A stretch of 64,000 nt of DNA from a virus. How positions within the stretch are numbered: the stretch's first letter is position 1; each line of letters opens with the position of its first letter. Of this stretch, positions 37,401 through 46,007 are shown piece by piece. Both the position numbers and the translations under genes were made by a program. The stretch covers positions 71,313 through 135,312 of the IMG/VR virus record IMGVR_UViG_3300002026_000025; one strand, written 5' to 3'. The notes beneath the pieces are model-generated. The model had not been told where the DNA came from, did no database searches, and was given only the letters and a program-made list of their open reading frames with translations.

Positions 37401-38791
37401 AATTGGAAGCAGTTACGTTATCTGGAACTGGTGGTAGGAATAAACGTAGCATGACAGCACCTACTAGAATTTATCATAAAAACGATATGGGTACAGTATC
37501 AGAATCGACAGTCGATTCTTCAGACGTAGCCATTAATGTGTTTATGAGCGCTGACCCACAGTTCAATTCTTTACGAGGTATATCTAAACCCTATGATTTT
37601 AAAACAACTGGTGTTACTGCATTATTATCAACATCTGCATTAACTGCTCCTGGGTCAGACAGAGACGATCCACGTCGTGTCAATTTCGTCGCTATACAAC
37701 AAGAGCACGTTATTGCTTGTGATGGTTATAAACAAGCTTCAGTTAGAACTGGATACGAACAAATAATTCCACAAAGGAGCGGTGATTTATTTGCAATGAC
37801 AGCTAAGAAACCTGGTATTGTTAAATCAATAACTGAAACAGGTATCGTCGTTGAATACGATGATAAAGAAACTGTTGGTTATGAATTAGGTACCAGATTT
37901 GGCAAAGCAGCCGGTTTAATTATTCCGCATTCAGTAGTAACACAATTAAAGGTAAATCAGAAATTTGTACCCGGAGATGCAATCTGCTATAATGAAGGGT
38001 TTTTCGAGCCAGACTTTTTTAATAAAAATAGAATTGTATTTAAGAATTCTACCACTGCTAAAGTTGCATTTTGGGAAAGTCATCAGACTTTAGATGATTC
38101 GTCTGCACTTAGTGCTAAGATGGCAGATAAGCTTATGACAAAAATAACTAAGATGAAAACCATTGTAGTTAGATTTGATCAAGTCATTAATAGATTAGTT
38201 AAAGTTGGTGATAAATTAATATCCGATAGTGCGTTATGCATTATTGAAGATTCTATTACTTCTACTAATAAACTATTTGACGAAAAAAATTTAGATACAT
38301 TAAAAATAGTAGGCGCACAAGCACCGAGGTCACATGTGGATGGCATTGTTGAAAAAGTAGAAGTATTTTATAATGGTGATAAAGAAGACATGTCTGCATC
38401 ACTATTGGAAATTGTCAACAGTGGAAATAAGTTACTTAAAAAACATGCAGATAGTTTAAATAGAAAACCGTTTACTGGTAGCGTTGACGGTGGATTTAGA
38501 ACTGAAAATGATCCATTAGGTATAGATTGTGCAGCTATTCGAATCTATATATCCACTAATGTACCTAGTTCTGTAGGTGACAAAATAGTGTTCTCTAATC
38601 AGTTAAAGAGTGTAACAGGTAGTATTTTAGATGGTGAATATATCACGGAAAACGGTGATGAAATAGACGCTTTATATGGATATAAAGGTGTGAGTGATCG
38701 AATAGTGTCGAGTCCGTATATTATAGGCACAACAACAACACTATTGAAAGTAATTGCAAAACAAGCAGTTAAGATATATAAAAGTAAGTGA
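34466..38791 (+). CDS. Virion RNA polymerase beta subunit, N-terminal/large part (phiKZ gp178-like)
   Basis: RKQRGDLPIRK, RIKGYER, GTGGR, SESTVDSSDV, DDPRRVNF, GDKIVFSNQLKS. Confidence 0.9.
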   Translation: MITYQLFYRKYGIRFVQQIMTPPISDVMLLDLPMKSIYHYFPTDGVNDGPPSDEYLFRNIKKPILINNVFDVGSQLGSPRKQTININTAVRDYYNQNRRMRPLRNVVLASKDPNTLIVCNYCLINKSYKYVRSFYTEYYKWYNIFSAVVKNIAELSAESSNHHFILSGSPKIIPSLNQLNLASGAEMSTGLLKTFNSNEAYLLLELWKWLSENRQNSLFAKIPNNKIDLVNIIYIETGKWCILNLGVLNSFRMSVEEKSDDKFIIESKITLSPEQIQKRLLKMTMTIMECRTITTNVSDVVADEPKEISVITGNAIEIDDEIQTDSFDNDKEIDVTEINNFTPIDTVSPESDMPIDEQLIVSDDTEFLEEDQEIIKQRIIDEDALIDKDLAQLNDIAKKQDETEEQDINTFKDIINEPIQTLENAILKKCDKLADDGLLTAGEYRRFSKLANSYKQILSPDDVTLLSEFIVIKPGDLKITESSTMVDNTAIIDKTMLKSSLIDFDSRYIKNILAKDIANAVMSVQRAGIAVTNYKVEKVEDITGGFEIHTVKLTPIEGAPSTLRFKLPLINTDSTWTSSDVKYCLRKQRGDLPIRKTAYNKVALTSYYGKTFINRARKKNANYSYWLQTLLMQKGIDDNDLDITDIVPSNVFDNALKSPKAYSSISMAFKSFKCKNFTFMFDRKEVLLTYPETVLKHFEKNGSLVIGSNTSGVYLILDNNNSVYITDNLELKLFGTIEQFLNISTQNSPVEYADINVYGKEIPIGVILGYKIGLDKLMGLLKAVPRRVNAGSRLNLDNNEYAIAFSDETLIFSKDDKYASIILSGFNEYHRAIKMFSVYSFDKRGVYLNLLDSANLGVRYLREIDLMYDMFIDDITKDLLIEMKEPVTFQGLLFRACEMLMTDEHPDELDPRFMRIKGYERISGAVYTELVQAIRVHNGKLGKSNKQIEMNPYAVWKRVSEDPSKSQVNEINPIKALKELEAVTLSGTGGRNKRSMTAPTRIYHKNDMGTVSESTVDSSDVAINVFMSADPQFNSLRGISKPYDFKTTGVTALLSTSALTAPGSDRDDPRRVNFVAIQQEHVIACDGYKQASVRTGYEQIIPQRSGDLFAMTAKKPGIVKSITETGIVVEYDDKETVGYELGTRFGKAAGLIIPHSVVTQLKVNQKFVPGDAICYNEGFFEPDFFNKNRIVFKNSTTAKVAFWESHQTLDDSSALSAKMADKLMTKITKMKTIVVRFDQVINRLVKVGDKLISDSALCIIEDSITSTNKLFDEKNLDTLKIVGAQAPRSHVDGIVEKVEVFYNGDKEDMSASLLEIVNSGNKLLKKHADSLNRKPFTGSVDGGFRTENDPLGIDCAAIRIYISTNVPSSVGDKIVFSNQLKSVTGSILDGEYITENGDEIDALYGYKGVSDRIVSSPYIIGTTTTLLKVIAKQAVKIYKSK

Positions 38792-38862
38792 TCGCCGACA
38801 AATACTTTGAGCCTATGCCGGTATCTACCGGCATATCCCCATTTCGTTTTAAGGAAAATATA

Positions 38863-39066
38863 ATGCATTTGAAATCAGAAAAAACAGTGCTAACAATCAG
38901 TAACGCTATTGCTTTAAGCGCAGCTATTATAGAAAAAATAGCTGGTAATGAAATAGCAAATACTTTAAATGGTTCTACATTAACTAGCTCTGCACTGCAC
39001 GACATTATCGGAAGTCAAATCAATAAGAACTTCTCTAATTTTACAAATCAAGGAGTACCAGTATGA
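38863..39066 (+). CDS. Small hypothetical protein (67 aa)
   Basis: AAGGA RBS before ATG 38863; ATGA overlap with the next gene; hairpin ATGCCGGTATCTACCGGCAT upstream. Confidence 0.6.
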   Translation: MHLKSEKTVLTISNAIALSAAIIEKIAGNEIANTLNGSTLTSSALHDIIGSQINKNFSNFTNQGVPV

Positions 39067-40505
39067 TTCCGATGACAGCAGCGACTGCTTCTATAGGTGT
39101 GGCACAAGAGTTTGATAAACGCCAATTAATGCTTGATGCTGTACCAGGTACACCATTAGCAAAAATAAACGAATGTACTGCTTTAAATAAAGTCGATATT
39201 GTAGATGCAATTAATTATGAACCTAATGAAAAAGATTTATTTAATCAAACTAGTAACTACGGAAGTACAAATGGGTCTATTCATAGCACTACGGTAGATG
39301 CACTAGCGGAAGATATATCTAAGTTTGTGCAATCTCATTTAAATTTTGCGAAAAATACAGTAAGACCATTGATTGAAGAATTGGTTAATGAAGTCAAAGC
39401 AGATATTGAAGCATTACCATTAAATTCACAATACAGTACAGAGATAATTATCTCTGATTTACCAGAACCTATGAGTGTATCATCTTTTGAAGATGCAGTT
39501 ATGGAGTATAAAAATATAGATTATTGTCCAATTAATAATTATATGTCGTTACCAGGTCAAGCTGTAGCCGATGTAATTGCTAATTTAACTACAGGTAACT
39601 CTAATCTAGATAAGGCAGTTAGTACTTGGATTGCTAAAAAAGGTGATTCATTTTTCCAACATGTTTGGGATTGTGTCTTTACAAGTACACCAACTGAACA
39701 AAGATTTGAGAATCTCATTAATGATCCAGATGAAGGTATTGATGCAGCTGTTGCAGTTTATTTAATTGCATCTAGATTATTTGATAATCCAATGGACGGT
39801 GTACAGTTATCTTTAATGACTTACAATAAGCAAATGGCTGAATTAAGAAATCAAGCAGCATTGCGAATTGTTCATGCATATGAAGAATATGTTAGATTCA
39901 AGACAACTGGTTTATTAGTAAAAAGTAGTATTAATAACCGGGTAGTGGTAATGGGTGATGAGTATCGTAAATGGATCAGCGAAGGTGGCAACAATGCTGT
40001 TCTTTTTGGTAATTCATTAACTACAAATCCAAGTAAATTCACTAATGATATTAACGAGAAAAAAGCAGATTACTTAGCGACATGGGAGAGACAAAATTGG
40101 ATGCTCACTGTGGCCGAAAGAAACAAGAAGTTTGTTTATTATAAAGAAATTTTAAGAAACAGAACTTTGAAATTGGTGATGGATAATTACCAAAAATGTT
40201 ATAGTCATTTACGTGAAAATGGTGTAACTGATTCTAATATGCCCGAGTATTTACAATTTCAGAAAAATCTAGATGAATTCTTACCATGTGTTAAAGAAAG
40301 TGATTTTAAAGATATTTGGAATTTGGCTTTAAACACTATCTGTACTTGTGTATTCTACTATACAGACGCGGGTAAAATTTTAAGCGGAATTGAGCAAGCA
40401 TGTTGTGAAAATGAAGGTATTCATGTTAGAGAAGCTGCATTGATTTCTACGATCATGTATGTCGTTGATTATGTATGCGATCAAATGAAATTGAGTAGCA
40501 TTTAA
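39063..40505 (+). CDS. Conserved phiKZ-like protein (gp177-like by synteny)
   Basis: 480 aa, AGGAG RBS, PGTPLA and HLNFAKNTVRP; lies between vRNAP beta and the protease cluster. Confidence 0.65.
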   Translation: MIPMTAATASIGVAQEFDKRQLMLDAVPGTPLAKINECTALNKVDIVDAINYEPNEKDLFNQTSNYGSTNGSIHSTTVDALAEDISKFVQSHLNFAKNTVRPLIEELVNEVKADIEALPLNSQYSTEIIISDLPEPMSVSSFEDAVMEYKNIDYCPINNYMSLPGQAVADVIANLTTGNSNLDKAVSTWIAKKGDSFFQHVWDCVFTSTPTEQRFENLINDPDEGIDAAVAVYLIASRLFDNPMDGVQLSLMTYNKQMAELRNQAALRIVHAYEEYVRFKTTGLLVKSSINNRVVVMGDEYRKWISEGGNNAVLFGNSLTTNPSKFTNDINEKKADYLATWERQNWMLTVAERNKKFVYYKEILRNRTLKLVMDNYQKCYSHLRENGVTDSNMPEYLQFQKNLDEFLPCVKESDFKDIWNLALNTICTCVFYYTDAGKILSGIEQACCENEGIHVREAALISTIMYVVDYVCDQMKLSSI

Positions 40506-40506
40506 G

Positions 40507-40612
40507 AATAGTATTTCAGAATTTTTCAGTCACATATGACTATTTTGAATAGGTATAAGAATGTCTCTTGTACTGTATGTTTACAATTGCACATTGTGCT
40601 GAAAGGTTTATC
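40507..40612 (+). repeat. Cassette leader copy 3
   Basis: AATAGTATTTCAGAATTTTTCAGTCACATATGACTATTTTGAATAGGTATAAGAATGTC...GCACATTGTGC hairpin, TGAAAGGTTTATC, GTG start. Confidence 0.85.
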
Positions 40613-40855
40613 GTGACACCATGCAAACAATTCACTTCGTTTAACGAAGTGTTCAGCCTTAGTAAAACCGAAGCCAGGACGTTAAACTCATTTGTGGTTA
40701 ATGATTTTGGTGCAGGTAGCACTAGGGTTGTAATAGTAGATTTCTCTACAGCGGATAATACCGCATGTGGAGAAGATAGAGCGCAGTTGGAGGCCGCACG
40801 ACCATTGCTCCAAAAGAACCGAAACTGCTGCCCATTCTTCGTCAGAACAATCTGA
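40613..40855 (+). CDS. 80-aa cassette cargo protein
   Basis: GTG at the same position as the ATG of other cassettes; MTPCKQFTSF...NRNCCPFFVRTI*; visibly GC-richer than its flanks. Confidence 0.65.
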   Translation: MTPCKQFTSFNEVFSLSKTEARTLNSFVVNDFGAGSTRVVIVDFSTADNTACGEDRAQLEAARPLLQKNRNCCPFFVRTI

Positions 40856-40862
40856 CGAAGAG

Positions 40863-40897
40863 AAAACAACCCGGTGGCGGGCTCTGTTTTTTTTTTT
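40863..40897 (+). terminator. Cassette 3' element
   Basis: AAAACAACCCGGTGGCGGGCTCTGTTTTTTTT, identical to 45329-45360. Confidence 0.8.
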
Positions 40898-40918
40898 ATT
40901 TTTTTTTTTGGAGTAAAC

Positions 40919-41644
40919 GTGGACATCAAGCAATTAGTCCGAGACCCCGAGAAAGTCAAGAGTGTCTTGGTAGAACTTCCGGATGGACGATTGACAACTA
41001 AAGCGTTAGTCAAAATTTATATACCTACCAGGTTTGCAGAACGAGATCTTGCTTATATTGGTGCTGATAACAACATTGTGGGTATCTGCGCAATTACATT
41101 AAACGATGATAGCTACGCCATCATGATGGTCAACGCTATGGTCAATATTGATCCGTCTTCTATAAACCGTGTCTCTATTGAAGATGATCAGTATTTTGAA
41201 TTTACATTTAATCCAGGTGCTACTGTTTTTAAATCAGTGAATTTAATTAAAGATGATATCTTAGTATACAAGATATATGATGAAATTATATCAAATGGAA
41301 ATGTGCCTTGGTATTTGACTTATTCTGATTTAGGTAAAATATTTGATACTGCACCATATCACGGTGGTGCAAATATCGGTAATAATAAGGAAGTCACAGA
41401 ACTTATTGTATCGCTTATTGCAAGAGACCAAGCTGACAGGACAAAATACTATAGGACAGCGTTAAACTCTATGGCTGATTTAAAGAAGAGTGAGCCTGTT
41501 TATGTAGGATTAAAGAGTGTCGTGTACTCTGCCACTAACACACTCAATCGGTTAGGTGGAAGCTATATGCAAAGTGGAATCACTGCTTCTTTAGTCAATA
41601 AAACAGAAAGAGTGGAGCGCATTGAATCTATACTCTGCCGATAG
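40919..41644 (+). CDS. Conserved phiKZ-like protein (gp176-like)
   Basis: GGAG RBS before GTG 40919; GNVPWYL, ARDQADRTKYYR, GGSYM; directly upstream of the protease. Confidence 0.7.
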   Translation: MDIKQLVRDPEKVKSVLVELPDGRLTTKALVKIYIPTRFAERDLAYIGADNNIVGICAITLNDDSYAIMMVNAMVNIDPSSINRVSIEDDQYFEFTFNPGATVFKSVNLIKDDILVYKIYDEIISNGNVPWYLTYSDLGKIFDTAPYHGGANIGNNKEVTELIVSLIARDQADRTKYYRTALNSMADLKKSEPVYVGLKSVVYSATNTLNRLGGSYMQSGITASLVNKTERVERIESILCR

Positions 41645-41821
41645 TAAAACATTGATATTAGTACTTTTCAATCATATATCACCTTATTGATAATTATAAA
41701 TGGTTAACTTCCCTTAATGAAAATTTTGTTAAATGCGAATACGGTAATCTAACTAGAGATTATTGCGGAATATCTGCAATCTGTAAAAAAGAATTAAGTA
41801 ATTTTATAAAGGATAAATTAA

Positions 41822-42571
41822 ATGAATAATACTATTGGTTTTTCTTGTGCTGCTTTAAATGGAACCGGTAAGCAAGGTAGGTTACCTAAAGACTCTGATG
41901 GGTACTATACATTGCCAGTAGGGGCCCTCAACTCATGGAATTCTGCAGGAGATTACTATCCATATGAAGCAGCAAAAGAATTATTTACTGAATCTAGTAG
42001 TTTCATGCGAAGAGTAAGTACAGGTTGTTTAAAGAGTGAGTTAGGTCACCCTAAACCACTGCCTCAACAATCGATGGAATCTTTTGCTAACAGAGTTATG
42101 GCAATTGAAGAAACTAGAGTGTGCGGACACTTCTCACAAATCTGGTTAGATTTCAATGCAGTCAAAGATGAAACAGGTAGGCCAGTAATTGCTATTATGG
42201 CAAAAGTAGCACCTAGTGGACCATTCGCTTTATCATTAGAAAAGTCTTTAGAAAACATTAAGGAAGATGTTTGTTTTTCAATTAGGGCATTTACTGAAGA
42301 TGTGCCAGTTGCAGGCATCAAACACAGAATGCTAAGACAAGTAGTGACTTTTGATAATGTAGTAGAACCCGGAATAAGTGTCGCTAGAAAATATAGATCT
42401 CCTACATTGGAATCATATTCAGATAAAGTTTTCACTAAAGAAGATATTATCAAAGCATCTATTCCTACTGGTGATGGTATATCGATGGAATCTACTAAAC
42501 AATTAAACAACGACTTATTAAGTATTCTAGGTTGGAATCAGTTAGATAAACCAAATTTTATTAAATGGTAA
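41822..42571 (+). CDS. Prohead/head maturation protease (phiKZ gp175-like)
   Basis: DGYY, GALNSWNSAG, SELGHP (His), CFSIRA (Ser), VTFDNVVEPGI; C-terminal TLES/SMES candidate self-cleavage sites. Confidence 0.9.
   Translation: MNNTIGFSCAALNGTGKQGRLPKDSDGYYTLPVGALNSWNSAGDYYPYEAAKELFTESSSFMRRVSTGCLKSELGHPKPLPQQSMESFANRVMAIEETRVCGHFSQIWLDFNAVKDETGRPVIAIMAKVAPSGPFALSLEKSLENIKEDVCFSIRAFTEDVPVAGIKHRMLRQVVTFDNVVEPGISVARKYRSPTLESYSDKVFTKEDIIKASIPTGDGISMESTKQLNNDLLSILGWNQLDKPNFIKW
42540..42571 (+). repeat. 32-bp direct repeat, copy 1 (3' end of the protease gene)
   Basis: AGTTAGATAAACCAAATTTTATTAAATGGTAA. Confidence 0.95.
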
Positions 42572-42588
42572 TTTAAAGAAAGTAAAAA

Positions 42589-44070
42589 ATGAAAAAAAAG
42601 ATTATGGCTAATATAGTTTTAGAATCTGCTTATGATAACGTCAGTGATGATGAATTATTTGAGTCTAAAATTGATTTAGAAAATAAAAATAACGATATAG
42701 AAAACAGAAATGATGCTATTAATGAAGCAGTAGATGTAGCTAAATCTCTTGAATCTATCGCTATTGCATTAGAATGCTCGCCTGGTTTAGAACCACACGT
42801 GGCTAATGCTTTGAACATTGCAGTAAGTCATATGTGCAAACAGATCGGTTACCGCAAAAGAGTAATACCGTCAATGGAATCATTTGGAGGTCACTCTACA
42901 AAAAAACAAGCTACTATGGAATCTGTAGAAGGGCTTAAAAATACAGCTATAATGATTTGGGAAAAAATCAAAGCAACTATTATTGCATTGGGCCAGAAAC
43001 TCAAAGAATTCTTTAAAAGTATTTATGATTATTTTCAATCATTTTTTAATAATACACAAAAAGAAGCTGAAAAACAAGAAAATAATCTCGGAAATCTTGA
43101 AGATGAAGTAAATGAATTCCTAAAGAAAAACAAAAATAGGAATAATGATAAACATACAGATACTAAACAAGAAGACAAATCGTATAAAGATAATAAAACA
43201 ACTAGTGATAATGAACCTAATGATGAAACAATAAAAAAAATATTATTGTTAACACATGAAAAAAAATTGCCAATTAATTCACATGAATTAGCAGGTGATT
43301 TTGATGGATTAAATGTTATATCTAAAGATGTATTAGAGACTTTAGGTTACCCTAATGGTGAAGCAGCGCGTGCATTAACTTCTGATTTCAGTTCCTACTT
43401 TAGAGTAAAGTGCGGAGTATATACTAAAGCTGTTATCGGTTTATATAAAGAAATACAAAAAAGTTTTATAAATTTATCATCTGGAATTAATAAAATATCG
43501 GATTCAGACTTTGAAATTAAGTTAAATGAACATAAAGAATTTGTTAAAAAGTTAATTAGCAATAATCAGCTCACATTAACAATTCCATTTGGTAATTCTA
43601 AATGGTACATTGAACCTAATGGACAAGGATATCCAAAAATAAAAATTAGTTCGGATCCAAATGCCTCTCTTTATTTATGGCATTGCGCTGGTACCAGTAT
43701 TAAATCAAATATTTTACCAACACTAGATGAATTTGGAAAAGATTCATTTATTGATATTTTTACAAAACAAAGTGAGCAATTAACTAGTTTTATAAAAATG
43801 ATTATTAATAAAGATGGGATTGATTTTGATGACCCAGCTGATTTACTCAGAGCTAAAAGACTAGATATTTTAGTTGTAATGATGAGTTCCTTTACAAATC
43901 AAATGGCGTTTAATTGTAAAATTTTAACTTTTTATACTAGCAGGGCTATTAAAGCAATGCTAAAATACACACAATTATCTATATCTAATACTAGGGTTAT
44001 ATGCTCATATTTACAAAAAAGAGATGGGTATATTCGTGATTTAGAAGAACTCAAAGGTTCTTGGTTTTAA
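42589..44070 (+). CDS. Internal head protein with cleavable acidic propeptide
   Basis: SLESI, ALECS, PSMESF, TMESVEG sites followed by an IWEKIK...LKEFFK helix typical of phiKZ-like inner head proteins. Confidence 0.7.
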   Translation: MKKKIMANIVLESAYDNVSDDELFESKIDLENKNNDIENRNDAINEAVDVAKSLESIAIALECSPGLEPHVANALNIAVSHMCKQIGYRKRVIPSMESFGGHSTKKQATMESVEGLKNTAIMIWEKIKATIIALGQKLKEFFKSIYDYFQSFFNNTQKEAEKQENNLGNLEDEVNEFLKKNKNRNNDKHTDTKQEDKSYKDNKTTSDNEPNDETIKKILLLTHEKKLPINSHELAGDFDGLNVISKDVLETLGYPNGEAARALTSDFSSYFRVKCGVYTKAVIGLYKEIQKSFINLSSGINKISDSDFEIKLNEHKEFVKKLISNNQLTLTIPFGNSKWYIEPNGQGYPKIKISSDPNASLYLWHCAGTSIKSNILPTLDEFGKDSFIDIFTKQSEQLTSFIKMIINKDGIDFDDPADLLRAKRLDILVVMMSSFTNQMAFNCKILTFYTSRAIKAMLKYTQLSISNTRVICSYLQKRDGYIRDLEELKGSWF

Positions 44071-44078
44071 AATCCACT

Positions 44079-44110
44079 AGTTAGATAAACCAAATTTTAT
44101 TAAATGGTAA
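44079..44110 (+). repeat. 32-bp direct repeat, copy 2
   Basis: Exact match to 42540-42571. Confidence 0.95.
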
Positions 44111-44113
44111 AAG

Positions 44114-44148
44114 TATCCTAATAGGTCTATAATAGACCTATTAGGATA
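44114..44148. terminator. Near-perfect palindromic hairpin
   Basis: TATCCTAATAGGTCTAT-A-ATAGACCTATTAGGATA. Confidence 0.65.
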
Positions 44149-44155
44149 TATGCTA

Positions 44156-44192
44156 TTTTTAAAATTTATCAATCGTATATTACTAATATGTG
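44156..44192 (+). promoter_or_regulatory. Putative early promoter motif
   Basis: TTTATCAATCGTATATTACTAATATGTG contains TATATTAC. Confidence 0.6.
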
Positions 44193-44218
44193 TTATCAAT
44201 AGAAATGCAGATTTAACT

Positions 44219-44587
44219 ATGAAAAAGGAAACTGAAATGAAGGAAACTGATTGGAACGTAAACCCGCTATACAAACCAGAACCTAATTTTACATTTGAAG
44301 GAGGAGAAATCTTGGAATTTGTAAACCCGAAATATACAAATGAATTAATTTCGGAAGGAATAATTTTTGACTTTAAAGGTGTGAAGTATTCATACACATT
44401 TAGAATAAACGGTATAGCGCCTGAAGAAATATACAAAGAATTTGGTATGAACGACCAATGGCGCAATCGAATAGCAATACCTATTAAAGGTTATACTAAA
44501 TACGTCAGGTTGAAAAAAGATGATCCTAGAAATATAGAAATAAGAGAGAATAAGTTATTCAGAAAGAAAGTAGAGGCTGAATTCTAG
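44219..44587 (+). CDS. Hypothetical protein (probably early)
   Basis: The ORF-track start at 44150 overlaps the promoter motif; ATG 44219 or 44237 (AAGGA upstream) is more likely. Confidence 0.6.
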   Translation: MKKETEMKETDWNVNPLYKPEPNFTFEGGEILEFVNPKYTNELISEGIIFDFKGVKYSYTFRINGIAPEEIYKEFGMNDQWRNRIAIPIKGYTKYVRLKKDDPRNIEIRENKLFRKKVEAEF

Positions 44588-44671
44588 AAATTGCATTCTA
44601 TATTTTTCAATTATACATTATTTATTTAGATTATTAACCATAATGCAGTTATTACTGCGAAAGGATTTGTT

Positions 44672-44989
44672 ATGTTTTCTGTTTCAACAAACGAGTATAT
44701 TATCATCGTATCAATTGCTTTTGTCTTGACAGCAATATGTTCGATATTCTATAATGAGGCATTAGACATCTCGGTTTCAATGTACCCATCTAAGTATCGC
44801 TTTATTATCAAAGCGGGCAGTGTGTTATTTTGTTATGCAATTAACTTCTGGTTACCAATTGCAATGATGACAATAATTTTATTTATCCCGTCAGTATACT
44901 TGGCCAAATGGTATACTGATTATTTAAAGCAAGAAGCTGCGGTTCGCCGTGCCGATCGTAATTGGAATACTAGGCGTTTCAATAATTGA
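44672..44989 (+). CDS. Small membrane protein
   Basis: Two to three hydrophobic segments; preceded by a promoter-like motif (44595-44630), a GCAGT..ACTGC hairpin and GAAAGG. Confidence 0.7.
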   Translation: MFSVSTNEYIIIVSIAFVLTAICSIFYNEALDISVSMYPSKYRFIIKAGSVLFCYAINFWLPIAMMTIILFIPSVYLAKWYTDYLKQEAAVRRADRNWNTRRFNN

Positions 44990-44992
44990 TTT

Positions 44993-45094
44993 AATCGTAT
45001 TCCAGAATTTTTCAGTCACATATGACTAAATTGAATAGGTATGGTAATGTCACTGTACAATTCGATTTAGCGTCTTTACGCTGAAAGGTTTATC
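44993..45094 (+). repeat. Cassette leader copy 4
   Basis: AATCGTATTCCAGAATTTTTCAGTCACATATGACTAAATTGAATAGGTATGGTAATGTC...AGCGTCTTTACGCT GAAAGGTTTATC ATG. Confidence 0.9.
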
Positions 45095-45193
45095 ATGTTT
45101 GCAACAATTGGAAAAGTAGCAGTGGTATTAGTAGTTGTCAATGTAATACTGACAATCATAAATGCTGATGCCCAAAAACAAGAAAAAAAATGA
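45095..45193 (+). CDS. 32-aa hydrophobic peptide (cassette cargo)
   Basis: MFATIGKVAVVLVVVNVILTIINADAQKQEKK*. Confidence 0.65.
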   Translation: MFATIGKVAVVLVVVNVILTIINADAQKQEKK

Positions 45194-45321
45194 AAGACTT
45201 CACAGATAAGTACGGGGGCGCAATCGAGAAAGCGTTTTTTGCTGGCTGTGTAGCAGCAGCAGCAGTAGCGCCAGTATTATTTACAATCGCTATATACAGC
45301 AGGCTTAAAGCCGCCGTATAA
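45190..45321 (+). CDS. 43-aa hydrophobic peptide, ATGA-coupled to the previous ORF
   Basis: MKDFTDKYGGAIEKAFFAGCVAAAAVAPVLFTIAIYSRLKAAV*; fills the space up to the 3' element. Confidence 0.55.
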   Translation: MKDFTDKYGGAIEKAFFAGCVAAAAVAPVLFTIAIYSRLKAAV

Positions 45322-45328
45322 TCAACAC

Positions 45329-45362
45329 AAAACAACCCGGTGGCGGGCTCTGTTTTTTTTTT
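45329..45362 (+). terminator. Cassette 3' element
   Basis: AAAACAACCCGGTGGCGGGCTCTGTTTTTTTT. Confidence 0.8.
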
Positions 45363-45462
45363 GTTTAAATGTAATCTAAAATAATTCAATCATATATAAC
45401 TTATATGAATGAATATATAGATTGTCTAATTATTTGTTCAATTAAACACGTAAGGAAATTTT

Positions 45463-46002
45463 ATGCACGCAACTTTTGAAACAATAATTGGTAAACTTAC
45501 AACAGTACTGATTGAGGCGGGTGTTGAGTTGACACAAGAGGAAACCGTAATGATAGATGACTTGATGGGTGTTTTAGATATCCATCAAACTAATGTGACA
45601 TGTGTTATAGATGATGGCACTTTAGTATTGGATATTCTTTTGTCGGTTGAACAATCGGAAAAACATAATGAGATATGTGAAGCTTTGTTAGATCTAGCTG
45701 TTAAAGACGATTTTAAAATCGAAAATTCTTTAATAGAAGGAAAGACAAATTTCACTCTGACCAAAACTAGGTTGACTTCGAAACCAGATGCAACAGCTAA
45801 GACAGAGCCAGAACAAAAGGAAAAGAATAGTGAACCGGAACCAGAAAAGAAAGCAGAAAAAACTGAAAGTGTTAAACCCATTAATCCACTCAGTTCAAAA
45901 CCAGTTAAAGAGTTTCAAATTGCAGCAGCACTTAAAACTGGTGTTTTAGTAGGAACTTTCTTGATGGGAACAGCTGCATTATTTAAAGCGTTTAAAGATT
46001 AA
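45463..46002 (+). CDS. Acidic protein with C-terminal hydrophobic anchor
   Basis: AAGGA RBS; promoter-like motif at 45374-45412; P/E/K-rich linker then IAAALKTGVLVGTFLMGTAALF. Confidence 0.7.
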   Translation: MHATFETIIGKLTTVLIEAGVELTQEETVMIDDLMGVLDIHQTNVTCVIDDGTLVLDILLSVEQSEKHNEICEALLDLAVKDDFKIENSLIEGKTNFTLTKTRLTSKPDATAKTEPEQKEKNSEPEPEKKAEKTESVKPINPLSSKPVKEFQIAAALKTGVLVGTFLMGTAALFKAFKD

Positions 46003-46007
46003 GTTCT

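Noticed and set aside
40863-40897. 3' element as an integron attC site
   Set aside because: It lacks proper RYYYAAC/GTTRRRY boxes, is too short, and no integrase is in the window; cassettes carry their own promoters.
40874-40918. N-terminal extension MAGSVFFFIFFFG of the gp176-like ORF
   Set aside because: It translates the terminator T tract; GTG 40919 has a GGAG RBS.
40540-41013. Minus-strand ORFs 40540-41013 and 45156-45389 sharing KKKTEPATGLF
   Set aside because: The shared peptide is just the repeated 3' element read antisense; RBS and leader evidence favour the + strand.
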